A stretch of 64,000 bases of DNA, taken from positions 1 to 64,000 of the IMG/VR virus record IMGVR_UViG_3300028603_000001. One strand, given 5' to 3'. Shown piece after piece: positions 38,012 to 47,450 of this stretch (within the stretch, counting starts at the first letter, position 1; the number at the start of each line of letters is the position of its first letter). The DNA comes from a virus. Its lineage: Duplodnaviria; Caudoviricetes. Both the position numbers and the translations under genes were made by a program. The notes below the pieces were generated by a model. The model worked only from the letters and a program-made list of their open reading frames with translations. It was not told the origin of the DNA and did no database searches.

Positions 38012-39517
38012 TTATAGTATGATTATATCATCATACATAAAATAATCTTCAGTTTTCTTTTGGGCATCCGATGGGTGCATCCGATCTGGTTTTAATCTCC
38101 CATTAATCATTTTTAACTCTTCTTCCATGTTTAATGTTAATTGCTTAATATCATCTGAGAAACTATTATCTTCATTTATCTGCAATAACTGTTCAGCGCT
38201 TTCACCATATTCATAAGCGAACTGTTCAGCATGCTTACTTGCGTTAAATATTGATCCACAAACAGCATCGCAGACATCTTTCGCTCCACCGCTCGGGTGA
38301 TCTATTTTACCAGTATTGATATTACGCTCTAGATTAATTATCTGATGTATAAGCATCCTGTCATCGTACATCTCTAATCTTTTTTCATATATAGTTGATT
38401 TGAAATATTGGTAAGGAACACACACATGGTTTGTATCAACACGATCGACCGATAACACAGAATATGGATAACCTTTAGCTCTTAACGTCTCACCAGTATC
38501 ATAAGATTGATATGTATCTGTTGTTATCCCTCTTATATTAAAACCTTTGCTTTTTAACCAGTAAATAAAGTTTCTATTTTTTTCAAAACTTATATGTCTC
38601 CCTCTTGGAGCTTTAATACTAACACTAAAAGCTAAAGAATAAAACAAATCTTTACTTTGGTCTAAATCTATTTGAGAATGTTTTTTTCCTCGTATAAATA
38701 TTCCTGCGATTCCAGTCATATCTCCTGAATAAGACATATCTAAATGTATAAATAGTGGTTTATATCTTAAAGCTGGGTCAATTTTATCTAGATCAAAGAA
38801 ATTATAATATTGAACTTCTGCATCATCTGGTCCATCACCGATTTCTAATATTTCACGACTGAATGGATTTTTAATTCTGTCTGTTACATTTTCAACCGCA
38901 GCAGCTCCGTTTATATATTTAGAAATGCTTGATGCTGAGATACCTGCAAAATCACATAAAGCTCTATCTATATCATCTAGAAAATCTGGTTTAAAATCTA
39001 TTGGTACATTGATTATTTCACTATACCCTTTTTCTCTATATGCCTCAATATCTTCATCATCTTTCATTACAACAGAATCTAAAAATTTATTTCCTAAAGC
39101 AACTCTAAATGTTGTTTCTGAATAAGTTCCAGGTGGTTTAACTTCCCAAACACTTCCTTCTGAAATATAAACATTATCTTTCTCTGAAATAAGTTTTTTT
39201 CTCATATGTTCTTCAAGAAAAGATTTATCGCTTCTTTTTGATGAAGCCAAGACTAGTAAGGTAGGATTTTTACCACGGTGTACAAATCTTGTTTTCATAC
39301 CTCCGATAGCTGTATCAATCATGTCATTGGCTTTTTTCTTTTGTTTTTCGATATCTTGATTTCTTTGGAATGAAACCTCGTCAAAAAAGCAGTTATGTGA
39401 ACATATATACGCAGTATTTGTTTTGATAAAGAAGTTGTTAAATGGATTAGCATTTATAACATCATAATATTTTTTAGGGGCATCTAAGTGATTTATCTTT
39501 ATACTTTTAATTCTCAT
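38012..39517 (-). CDS. terL: Terminase large subunit, C-terminal part, preceded by a 42-aa IntC (39392-39517)
   Basis: MRIKSIK...YYDVINANP.NNF...SHN|CFFDE (Walker B); nuclease motifs HLDMS..GD and KIDHP..GAKDVCDAV. Confidence 0.9.
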   Translation of the reverse strand: MRIKSIKINHLDAPKKYYDVINANPFNNFFIKTNTAYICSHNCFFDEVSFQRNQDIEKQKKKANDMIDTAIGGMKTRFVHRGKNPTLLVLASSKRSDKSFLEEHMRKKLISEKDNVYISEGSVWEVKPPGTYSETTFRVALGNKFLDSVVMKDDEDIEAYREKGYSEIINVPIDFKPDFLDDIDRALCDFAGISASSISKYINGAAAVENVTDRIKNPFSREILEIGDGPDDAEVQYYNFFDLDKIDPALRYKPLFIHLDMSYSGDMTGIAGIFIRGKKHSQIDLDQSKDLFYSLAFSVSIKAPRGRHISFEKNRNFIYWLKSKGFNIRGITTDTYQSYDTGETLRAKGYPYSVLSVDRVDTNHVCVPYQYFKSTIYEKRLEMYDDRMLIHQIINLERNINTGKIDHPSGGAKDVCDAVCGSIFNASKHAEQFAYEYGESAEQLLQINEDNSFSDDIKQLTLNMEEELKMINGRLKPDRMHPSDAQKKTEDYFMYDDIIIL

Positions 39518-41387
39518 TTTTATATCCCCATATTAAATTTTCAATTATATATTTAAATTTTTTAATTGTGCGTTTAGAATATCCTTTATTTTCAATATTT
39601 CTAATGGCTGAACCTGAAATATCGGGGTAACCATTCTCTTTTAGATATGTTACTAAATCATTTCTACACTCAAATCTAATATTATTAAAAATATAATATT
39701 TGGTAGCGTTAGTGTTATTACCACCGGTTCTTAAATAACCTTTTCCATACATTGAATTTTTACAACCCTTGTGTGCTTCTGATTTACGCAACATAGCATC
39801 TTTATCATTATAATAATTGGTCATATTGTGAGCTTTTCTAGCTGTAATATTTCCTTTTTCCCATCCATTGGGTATCTCTAAGGATTTATCAATAAATTTT
39901 ACTAGCTCACCATTGTTTATTGCTATTTTATCTTTAAGTGTCTGATATCCGCTATGATTTAGCTTTTTAGCTGATGAGCTCATCTTTGTTTTTGTTTCAT
40001 CAGACAATATTTTACCTCTATTCCCAACGCTTATTTTAGCTTTAGTGTCAGGGCTCAAACGCTTGCCTCGGTTTATATCAGATAATTTTTTACGGTGTCC
40101 AGCTGTTTTAGGTCTTCCTTTAAGCGCAGCACTAATGCGAGCTCTTGAAACCTCACCTAGATCCCCACCTTGTCCACCATCTGCAATATTATATCCGATA
40201 GTAGAATCATTAGAATTGAACTTTTTAATATATTCCTTCTCACCGTTATTTAAATCATTTTTGGAAGCATAAAGCTGCAGAATTTCGCATTTGAAATTAT
40301 TTATACCATATTTTTTTACGGCTTTATTTAAAGCAAAACCACTTCCTAAATAATTTGAATCTAAAAATGCTTTTTTATGTTGACCGATATATATCTTTCC
40401 ATTAATCAAATTTGTTGTTTTATAGACATACCCATATGGGATAAAATCTAATATCTCATCTGCTTCAGTTAACTTTTGAGCTTCTTTATAAGAACCATCT
40501 ACTAACCTAAATCTATGAGTTGGGGTGCATTTTATAATGCTACCATCTTCTAGTTCTATTTCATATTCGATGCTAGATTCTGCTGTTTGTTTAACGGTAC
40601 ATTCATCGCTTATTATAAATTTATGATCATCTGATAAAGTGGGAACTTTAATTTTCTTGTCTAATAAATCCTCAATTTTGAATGTTCCATTTGTTGTTAA
40701 AATTTCGGTGTTTCCTTCAAGACAAAAATATATAGGCAAACCAATTAAATCATCAGCTTGTGAACCTATTTTAATATCAACAGCTTCTTGGTTATTGAAT
40801 TTTTGTGGTACCCATACTTTATTTGTTCTTCCTTCAATTGTTCCATGCTTTAAAAACCAAGGACTAGATTGAATAGTGTTTTGAAATTTAGCTATACCTA
40901 TTTCTTCTGCTAAGTCTTTTTTGATATTCATAAACGCAAAAACAAGCTTTTCAGTAGGTTTTAAGTGAAAATAAGCTATTGGATCTTTTAAGCATAATAC
41001 CCTGTGGAGAAGATAAGCAGCTATTAATACAGCTATCTCTGTTTTTCCACGACCACGAGACCCAGAGAGGATAGCGTTATTGATTGAAGTTGTCAAATTA
41101 TCTGGGAATATTTTTACTAGCTCTTCTCTCCAATATGGGTATAATTTAGATTTACCTTCACTATCATGCCATGCGTTTCCTAAATATTCATAATTATCTA
41201 CAAAGGTTAAGATATCAACCGGAATTTCATTGTAATCTTCAAGTAATAGTTTGTTTAACTGCTCTGATGTACCTTCTTTAGAATACTCTTCTAAAATAGC
41301 AAGAGCTAACTCTTTTTCTTCTGGTGATAATGATTCTAGCAAAGATAGATCCAGATTTTGGTTATTTATATTTGTTTTGCTGACCAA
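39507..41387 (-). CDS. terL: Terminase large subunit, N-terminal part, fused to IntN (from 40724) and an in-frame GIY-YIG/NUMOD3 endonuclease
   Basis: Walker A GSRGRGKT; IYF|CLEGNTEI; IKCTPTHRF; then GYVYKTTN...IYIGQH, YLGSG, GYNIADGG, ETKxKMS repeats. Confidence 0.9.
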   Translation of the reverse strand: MVSKTNINNQNLDLSLLESLSPEEKELALAILEEYSKEGTSEQLNKLLLEDYNEIPVDILTFVDNYEYLGNAWHDSEGKSKLYPYWREELVKIFPDNLTTSINNAILSGSRGRGKTEIAVLIAAYLLHRVLCLKDPIAYFHLKPTEKLVFAFMNIKKDLAEEIGIAKFQNTIQSSPWFLKHGTIEGRTNKVWVPQKFNNQEAVDIKIGSQADDLIGLPIYFCLEGNTEILTTNGTFKIEDLLDKKIKVPTLSDDHKFIISDECTVKQTAESSIEYEIELEDGSIIKCTPTHRFRLVDGSYKEAQKLTEADEILDFIPYGYVYKTTNLINGKIYIGQHKKAFLDSNYLGSGFALNKAVKKYGINNFKCEILQLYASKNDLNNGEKEYIKKFNSNDSTIGYNIADGGQGGDLGEVSRARISAALKGRPKTAGHRKKLSDINRGKRLSPDTKAKISVGNRGKILSDETKTKMSSSAKKLNHSGYQTLKDKIAINNGELVKFIDKSLEIPNGWEKGNITARKAHNMTNYYNDKDAMLRKSEAHKGCKNSMYGKGYLRTGGNNTNATKYYIFNNIRFECRNDLVTYLKENGYPDISGSAIRNIENKGYSKRTIKKFKYIIENLIWGYKNEN

Positions 41388-41457
41388 GTTATTTCTCCTG
41401 CCTTTCTCTAAAATTTTTCAAGTTTTTCACTAATATCATACAATTTTAATTGTATAA

Positions 41458-42285
41458 TTATTTTCGGTCTTTTTCAGATCTTTCTTGTTGAGCTACAGGA
41501 TTCTTATTGCTTCCTTTTTTAATTCTACCTCTAACTTTACCTAAAGCGTTTGATAAATTAATCAAAGACTCATCTGACTCTAATTTGTTTTTTACGGTTC
41601 CTTTTTCATCATAGTCAAATATACTTAGTTGAACTGCTTTATCATAAGTCATTCCATATATTTTAGGGAATATGAATCTACTGTAATTAAATTCCATATG
41701 ATCTTTGCAATAGTTGATATAGTTATTTATTACAGAAGATATTTTTTTTATCCATTCTGCGTTATTTAAAACGTTTAGTATATGCTTACAAGCTGCTCCT
41801 AAATTATCATGAGGGTTAGTTATCTTAGCTTCTCTTTTTTCTTCTTTACCTGTGTTATAATTATTTTTTGTTGCCCATACTTTAAATCTAAATTTAAAAT
41901 CAGGGCAAGAACAATCTACTTTTACATCACTGCTATTTAAAGCTTCAACTAAAGAATCATATATTATTTTCAAAGAAAGTTTATTTTTATTTTCAATTAT
42001 TCTTTTCTTTATTCTATCAAGGACTTTTGTGAATTCCACGGTTACGTTATAATTGTCTGTTTCACCTTTTATATTTATTCCGAAATTAAGAATATCTTTT
42101 TTCCAAAAAGTGTTCATATCTATCTTATTATATTCTTTTACAGTATTTGCTATGTAAACTTGTTTTTTAGCATCCCATCTATTACCTTTTTTGCTTTTAT
42201 ATTTTTCACCCTTTCTGGATTTCAAAAGCAAATCTCTTCTGGTTGCTTCACTTAAACTATATCTAACAACTCTATTTTTTTCCAT
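41458..42285 (-). CDS. SWIM-type Zn-finger protein
   Basis: CSCPDF...ACKHI. Confidence 0.7.
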   Translation of the reverse strand: MEKNRVVRYSLSEATRRDLLLKSRKGEKYKSKKGNRWDAKKQVYIANTVKEYNKIDMNTFWKKDILNFGINIKGETDNYNVTVEFTKVLDRIKKRIIENKNKLSLKIIYDSLVEALNSSDVKVDCSCPDFKFRFKVWATKNNYNTGKEEKREAKITNPHDNLGAACKHILNVLNNAEWIKKISSVINNYINYCKDHMEFNYSRFIFPKIYGMTYDKAVQLSIFDYDEKGTVKNKLESDESLINLSNALGKVRGRIKKGSNKNPVAQQERSEKDRK

Positions 42286-42327
42286 ACATCTAATCCTTAA
42301 ATACCTTTTAATTTTTGTTTATCATAT

Positions 42328-42336
42328 AATTTAGCA
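42328..42336 (-). promoter_or_regulatory. Putative late promoter TGCTAAATT
   Basis: Recurring motif, just after terminator hairpin 42343-42367. Confidence 0.7.
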
Positions 42337-42369
42337 GCAGATAAAAAAGGATGATATTAAAATCACCCA

Positions 42370-42855
42370 TTATTTTTCAACTTTTTTTGTTTTTTTACTT
42401 TTGCGATATTCTTCTTCAGATGGTAAAGATTCCATTTCTTGTTTCCATTGATCTACATAAGCTTTAAAATGATTTCCACCCATTAATTTATATGTATTAT
42501 ATAACTCTTTCCAATTAGCTTTATCTGAGGACGATGCCCATTTCTGTTTTCGACAAAAGTTCAGAGATGTTTTCATTCTATCTCGAAGAAGAGTTAATGT
42601 TCCAGTTGATGTCACAGATGTTTGAGCTTCTATTTGCTCAATTTTAGTGATCAAAGGCTGTATTTCTTCTCGAAGGACTTCTCTTGTTTCTTCTTGCTTT
42701 TCTTCTTTTGCTCGTCTTTTTGCTTCTTCTGTGTTCTCTTTTCTTTTAGCTCGCTTATCTTCCCAGAAATACTTCATTACTGCGCCAAAACCAAATAATG
42801 ATAAAAATGATATTATAATGGTTGCTATATTATACCAAGTATTTATATTTTCCAT
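42370..42855 (-). CDS. Holin-like membrane protein
   Basis: Single N-terminal TM helix, coiled coil, Y..Y..MGGN motif. Confidence 0.6.
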   Translation of the reverse strand: MENINTWYNIATIIISFLSLFGFGAVMKYFWEDKRAKRKENTEEAKRRAKEEKQEETREVLREEIQPLITKIEQIEAQTSVTSTGTLTLLRDRMKTSLNFCRKQKWASSSDKANWKELYNTYKLMGGNHFKAYVDQWKQEMESLPSEEEYRKSKKTKKVEK

Positions 42856-42945
42856 TTCTTCTTCTCCATTCTAATAAACTTTAATGTGAAAGTTACAGAT
42901 ATTTACTTAAAAATTTATGTATCTTTAAACTTCTTTATTCATTAA

Positions 42946-42954
42946 AATTTAGCA
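42946..42954 (-). promoter_or_regulatory. Putative late promoter TGCTAAATT
   Basis: Recurring motif. Confidence 0.65.
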
Positions 42955-42957
42955 CAA

Positions 42958-43827
42958 TCATTTTAAACTTAATTCATTAGTTTTAAGTTTTAAGCGCAAA
43001 TTTTTTAATTTTTCTAAATATTTTAAACGGCGTATTTCTTTAAATACCAGATTATTAAAACCGAACTCACCTTCATTTTTTATAGATGTAATTCTTATAT
43101 CATATAAATCATCTATATATTTATCTACATTTTCTATCGAAGGGTTTTTTATGACGTCAAGATACCTTGCTTCCCATTCAGCTACAGCTTCTTCGAATTT
43201 ATCTTCATCTATATCAGGAAAAACAATTTCTGAAGGATCTTTTATCCATCCTTTATTTAAACTATATACTCCAGTTGATATGTTAGTCATATTGTTGATA
43301 TTTTCAACATATATTTCAACATCTATCCCATTAATTTCTATTCTATATTTATTATTAAAAAGTGTTTTGTATGCGTTATATATTATCTGCAAATGCTTGT
43401 CGCTGCAATCAAAAGAATCATTAGCTATTATATGTATGTCTAAATCACTTTCTTCAGTGTAATTATAATTTGCATTTGAGCCTAAAATATATATGTCGTC
43501 AATTTCAAGTTTAACTCCATCTTCCATTAGTTGATTTTTAAATTCATCAACAATTTCATATATTTTTTCTTCCACATCTTCTAATAAATTATTATCTTGG
43601 TCCCAAATTTTCGGATTTAATGTTTTATGTATCTCAAGTTTCTCTTCAAAAGCATCTTCTCGTAATATACCGCTTGTATAGTAACCTTTTAAAGCTTTTT
43701 CTATTTTCGCTGTATTCAAATCTTTTGCAGCTTCAAACAACCTATATGAAGGTTTTAATCCACCAATAAATGCCCATTTATCGAAATTAAATTTATTACG
43801 TACGCTCATATTAAATCTCACATTCAT
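42958..43827 (-). CDS. Pol-beta superfamily nucleotidyltransferase
   Basis: ILGSNANYNYTEESDLDIHI (GS...DxD); third acid VEIYVE; GEFG..NLVFKEIRR. Confidence 0.85.
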   Translation of the reverse strand: MNVRFNMSVRNKFNFDKWAFIGGLKPSYRLFEAAKDLNTAKIEKALKGYYTSGILREDAFEEKLEIHKTLNPKIWDQDNNLLEDVEEKIYEIVDEFKNQLMEDGVKLEIDDIYILGSNANYNYTEESDLDIHIIANDSFDCSDKHLQIIYNAYKTLFNNKYRIEINGIDVEIYVENINNMTNISTGVYSLNKGWIKDPSEIVFPDIDEDKFEEAVAEWEARYLDVIKNPSIENVDKYIDDLYDIRITSIKNEGEFGFNNLVFKEIRRLKYLEKLKNLRLKLKTNELSLK

Positions 43828-44968
43828 TTAGGTGATTAGCTAGCAAATCACAATAAATTATTTCACCAGCATATTTTGAATACTTCTCAACGTTTTCTTT
43901 AGAAAACCAATCACACCAATCTTTATATGAATTAAATTTTTTACCTGTATGTAATGATAATGGAATTATTACACATATTTCAATAAATGGCTGTAACGCG
44001 TAAATCAAATCATCAAGATTATTTGCTTTAATTATATTATTATCGCTGTATAAATCTTTAGCTGTTAAGATTCCGTTGTTATCTCTGGTTACTTCGAAAC
44101 CTATAGTATCAAAAACTTCATATAACATCTTAGTGTAGTTTTTAGGGTTTAGATTTTCGCCCATACCACCACCAGATGCTTCACCTGATCCAGCAGATGC
44201 TCCAGTTGATATCAAACCGCTATCTGATGTAGAATTTATAATAGATGATGTCCCATCAGGGTTACCCATTGCTGAATCAAAGAAGGAATGTTCTTTTTCT
44301 ATATTACCAATAAAATGGAAACCCATTCCCATAGCACCTTTTTTATTTGATTTAGCATGCTTTTTCTGAAGATCTCGTAATTGATTCTGCAAACTACCTT
44401 CTTGATCTTTTCTTTTTTTCTTAGTCTCAACTAATTCTTTTTCTTCATTATCAAGTTCTTCAGCATATTTTTTAGTTAATTGTTTCCAGAAATCGTCTTC
44501 TAAGTTGGTTACAGTTACTTTTTTTGAATTAAACATACTGGTACTTTCTTCATCTAAGATTAAGCCTTTATCAGCAGTATCATCTTGATCATTGATGTCT
44601 TCATCATCACTAAATAAAGATTTATTTTTTACTATTGTTGAAAAAGATTCATCATCATCTTCTGTATCATCACCATATTTGCATTCCATATCAATCTCAT
44701 TGTAACCACTAACTGTTTCAGAATTAATTACAGGACTATTGTTATCAGCAGCATTCATAATAGTTACTGGTTTATTTGATGGGTGCTTTTTAATATTAAT
44801 ATCTAAATCATCTTCATCATTAAAATTAATTATTATACCAGTTTTAACTGGAGACCTATTATCCTCAATATTTTCGGATATACTTCCAAAAGATGTATCA
44901 TCATCTTCTTCATGACCAGAAAATGACATATCTATTTGATTAATATTTTCAAGATTTTTCTCGTTCAT
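43811..44968 (-). CDS. Acidic hypothetical protein
   Basis: Start reassigned to MNEK (AAGGAG SD). Confidence 0.7.
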   Translation of the reverse strand: MNEKNLENINQIDMSFSGHEEDDDTSFGSISENIEDNRSPVKTGIIINFNDEDDLDINIKKHPSNKPVTIMNAADNNSPVINSETVSGYNEIDMECKYGDDTEDDDESFSTIVKNKSLFSDDEDINDQDDTADKGLILDEESTSMFNSKKVTVTNLEDDFWKQLTKKYAEELDNEEKELVETKKKRKDQEGSLQNQLRDLQKKHAKSNKKGAMGMGFHFIGNIEKEHSFFDSAMGNPDGTSSIINSTSDSGLISTGASAGSGEASGGGMGENLNPKNYTKMLYEVFDTIGFEVTRDNNGILTAKDLYSDNNIIKANNLDDLIYALQPFIEICVIIPLSLHTGKKFNSYKDWCDWFSKENVEKYSKYAGEIIYCDLLANHLNECEI

Positions 44969-44969
44969 C

Positions 44970-45968
44970 TTATTTCTCCTTCTTGGTTTTAGGTGCTCCA
45001 CCTATAATATAACCTTCTTCTAATAATTTAGCAAATAAGTCGTTATCTTCTTTATGAATGTATCTAGTTTTATTTTCGCCTGGTTTATGCAAAGCTATTC
45101 TGCCTTTATTGGCTGCGCTTACTTTTTGTATTGTTTCTTGGGAGCGAATATACTTTTTCGTCATTCCTTTATAATACCCTATTTCTAACCATCTTTGAAG
45201 GTCTTTTTCGTAAATAGATTTATTATTAATACCATCTGTAATCCTAATACGACCTTTATGCGCTAAACCGTTTTTTAACCTTGCCTCTTCTGATCTATGA
45301 GTCCCTTTAAGTTTTGTACCTTTATACCAACCATTATTAATGTAATTATTTAACTCTGATTCACTGATAAATTTCTGTTCTAAAGTATCTTTATTAGTCA
45401 CTGCAATTTTTCCTAATCGATTAGCGCTTATAGCAGCACACCACTTTTCATCATGAATTTTTTTACCTTTATTATTAGTATTACCTAATTTTGATAATCT
45501 TATCTTTTCCCGCACTTCGGGTCTTTTAGCTGGATTTAAATCACCAACTAATTTTCCTTTTGTTATGCTTGAGTGATATGCGAACTGTTCTTCTTTTAAT
45601 GCTTGATACGAATCTAAATTTTCTATAAATTGATCTATATTTTCTTGATTCATTTTTTTATTAAATCCAATTATATGTTGAATTGCACTTATGCTGCTAT
45701 ATCGTAAATAATCATCTTTTGTGCACATTGCTATATAATAATGAGCTAATGCATGATCTCTATGTGAAAGATTTATTACACCACTTTTTGAATTATCTAC
45801 TTTTATACCTAGTTTTTTACAAAAAGATTTTGGAATAATATGATGACTAGCGGTTTTAAATTTTATTTTTTCGGTATCTCTATTTGTTTCTAACAAATAA
45901 ACGTATTTTTGAAAAAATTCGTTATTTTCAAATATGTTAAGCTTTAATAATTTAGATTGAATATCCAT
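44970..45968 (-). CDS. HNH/NUMOD3 homing endonuclease
   Basis: HHIIPKS...NLSHRDHALAH; NPAKRPEVREK; repeated I.(V/I)TDG...GWYKG units. Confidence 0.85.
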   Translation of the reverse strand: MDIQSKLLKLNIFENNEFFQKYVYLLETNRDTEKIKFKTASHHIIPKSFCKKLGIKVDNSKSGVINLSHRDHALAHYYIAMCTKDDYLRYSSISAIQHIIGFNKKMNQENIDQFIENLDSYQALKEEQFAYHSSITKGKLVGDLNPAKRPEVREKIRLSKLGNTNNKGKKIHDEKWCAAISANRLGKIAVTNKDTLEQKFISESELNNYINNGWYKGTKLKGTHRSEEARLKNGLAHKGRIRITDGINNKSIYEKDLQRWLEIGYYKGMTKKYIRSQETIQKVSAANKGRIALHKPGENKTRYIHKEDNDLFAKLLEEGYIIGGAPKTKKEK

Positions 45969-45971
45969 AAT

Positions 45972-46009
45972 AAAATCTCCTCTTCTATATAATTTAGCAG
46001 AGGAGTTTT
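45972..46009 (-). promoter_or_regulatory. RBS-sequestering hairpin enclosing late promoter TGCTAAATT
   Basis: CTCCTCT pairs with the SD AGAGGAG; promoter lies between the arms. Confidence 0.75.
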
Positions 46010-46037
46010 GATAGTATTTGGGTAAAAATGTGTACGG

Positions 46038-46787
46038 TTAATCCAAAGGAAAAAACATTGAAGAATTAAGGCGCAATATTTCTCTTAATTCTTTAATCTC
46101 TTCATTTCCTTCAGCAAGCATTGTTTCACCATCTTGCATCCATAAAGCGTTACTTTGTGTAAATCTTGTTCTGATTCTTCCTAATATTCTTTTTGTGTAA
46201 GCTAGAGATAATCTTTTAGCTATATCTAACCAATACTCATCTGTAATTTGTTCAATTTTTTTTATTGCTGGTATAAATTCAATTGTTATGTTATCTGGAT
46301 TTTCATATGTGCTATTAATATATAATTTTCTACCTATTTTGTCTTCTTTAAAAGCTAAATCTGTGCTTATATTATTTCTAATTTGCTGTAAAGTTGAGTA
46401 TGACATATAATTAAGAAGATAATTTTCTAGATTATGGTTCATTCCTCCACTTGAAAAAGCTAACCATTGCTGTGCATACATAGGATCTATATTGCTCGCT
46501 TGATTGCCTATAGCATTTCCAGTAAAACCTCTGATTCGATATAATTTAACAATAGAAACAGGTTCAAGCTTATATGGATTATGATCAGAATCAATTAATG
46601 TATCGAAACTGATACAATTTGAAAATGGAACTGTAACAAATATAGATTGATCATAATATCTACATATTTCAGTTATTGTTGCATCTATAATACTTCCTAT
46701 ATTATCATCTGAAAGTTCAAGCTCTAATATATTTCCACCTAAATCTAATTTGATAAAATTTATACAATCTTCTTTGGTCATTATCAT
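46038..46787 (-). CDS. Neck protein (T4 gp13-like)
   Basis: LGG..LELEL; LAYTKRILGRIR..F; DGETMLAEG.EE. Confidence 0.75.
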   Translation of the reverse strand: MIMTKEDCINFIKLDLGGNILELELSDDNIGSIIDATITEICRYYDQSIFVTVPFSNCISFDTLIDSDHNPYKLEPVSIVKLYRIRGFTGNAIGNQASNIDPMYAQQWLAFSSGGMNHNLENYLLNYMSYSTLQQIRNNISTDLAFKEDKIGRKLYINSTYENPDNITIEFIPAIKKIEQITDEYWLDIAKRLSLAYTKRILGRIRTRFTQSNALWMQDGETMLAEGNEEIKELREILRLNSSMFFPLD

Positions 46788-46789
46788 AA

Positions 46790-47317
46790 TTATTCCTCCT
46801 TGCCAGTTAAATCAATAACTTCTGCTTTTCCCAGTAAGTGGCTTCCATATTCATCGTAAACTGTTTTGGTTGCGCATCTTGGTGCAGCTATAACTATTTT
46901 TTCAAAAGTATTTGCTAATATTGAATATATATTATACCCTAATATTTTGGCATCATATATTATCTCTTCAACTGGAATATTTTCAATTGATGCTATTTTA
47001 TCAACAAAAAACCATGAATCAATTTTTTCACCATCTAAATCTTCTAGATAAACATAATTTTTAATATAATCATCTATCTTTTTAGCTGGTTCTTTTTCTT
47101 CATGTAGCATTTCACTTGTACTTGCTAACTCTAAATTATCTTTATTAACTATCTGAATAACTGGTTTATTATCATCAAATAAAATTTTAACTACATAATA
47201 TACTGTTTCTTCAGATATCTTATCGTTATCAAAATCAGCTAAAATTATACCTTCTTTATTATTCCAAATATCATCTGTATTAGATAATATAACTCTATCA
47301 TTTTTTTTAAATGCCAT
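46790..47317 (-). CDS. Hypothetical protein (N-terminal SH3-like)
   Basis: FKKNDRV; late motif at 47357. Confidence 0.7.
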   Translation of the reverse strand: MAFKKNDRVILSNTDDIWNNKEGIILADFDNDKISEETVYYVVKILFDDNKPVIQIVNKDNLELASTSEMLHEEKEPAKKIDDYIKNYVYLEDLDGEKIDSWFFVDKIASIENIPVEEIIYDAKILGYNIYSILANTFEKIVIAAPRCATKTVYDEYGSHLLGKAEVIDLTGKEE

Positions 47318-47356
47318 AATGTTCTCCTATTTATCAATATATCTAATTATCTAAAT

Positions 47357-47365
47357 AATTTAGCA
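47357..47365 (-). promoter_or_regulatory. Putative late promoter TGCTAAATT
   Basis: Recurring motif. Confidence 0.7.
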
Positions 47366-47383
47366 ATTATTTTAAAGATATTA

Positions 47384-47410
47384 AAAGCAGATTGAAAAAT
47401 CAATCTGCTT
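47384..47410 (-). terminator. Intrinsic terminator
   Basis: AAGCAGATTGA/TCAATCTGCTT hairpin ending in a short T-run. Confidence 0.75.
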
Positions 47411-47450
47411 AATAATAAATATATCTGTTACTTTTTTAATACAAAGTATA

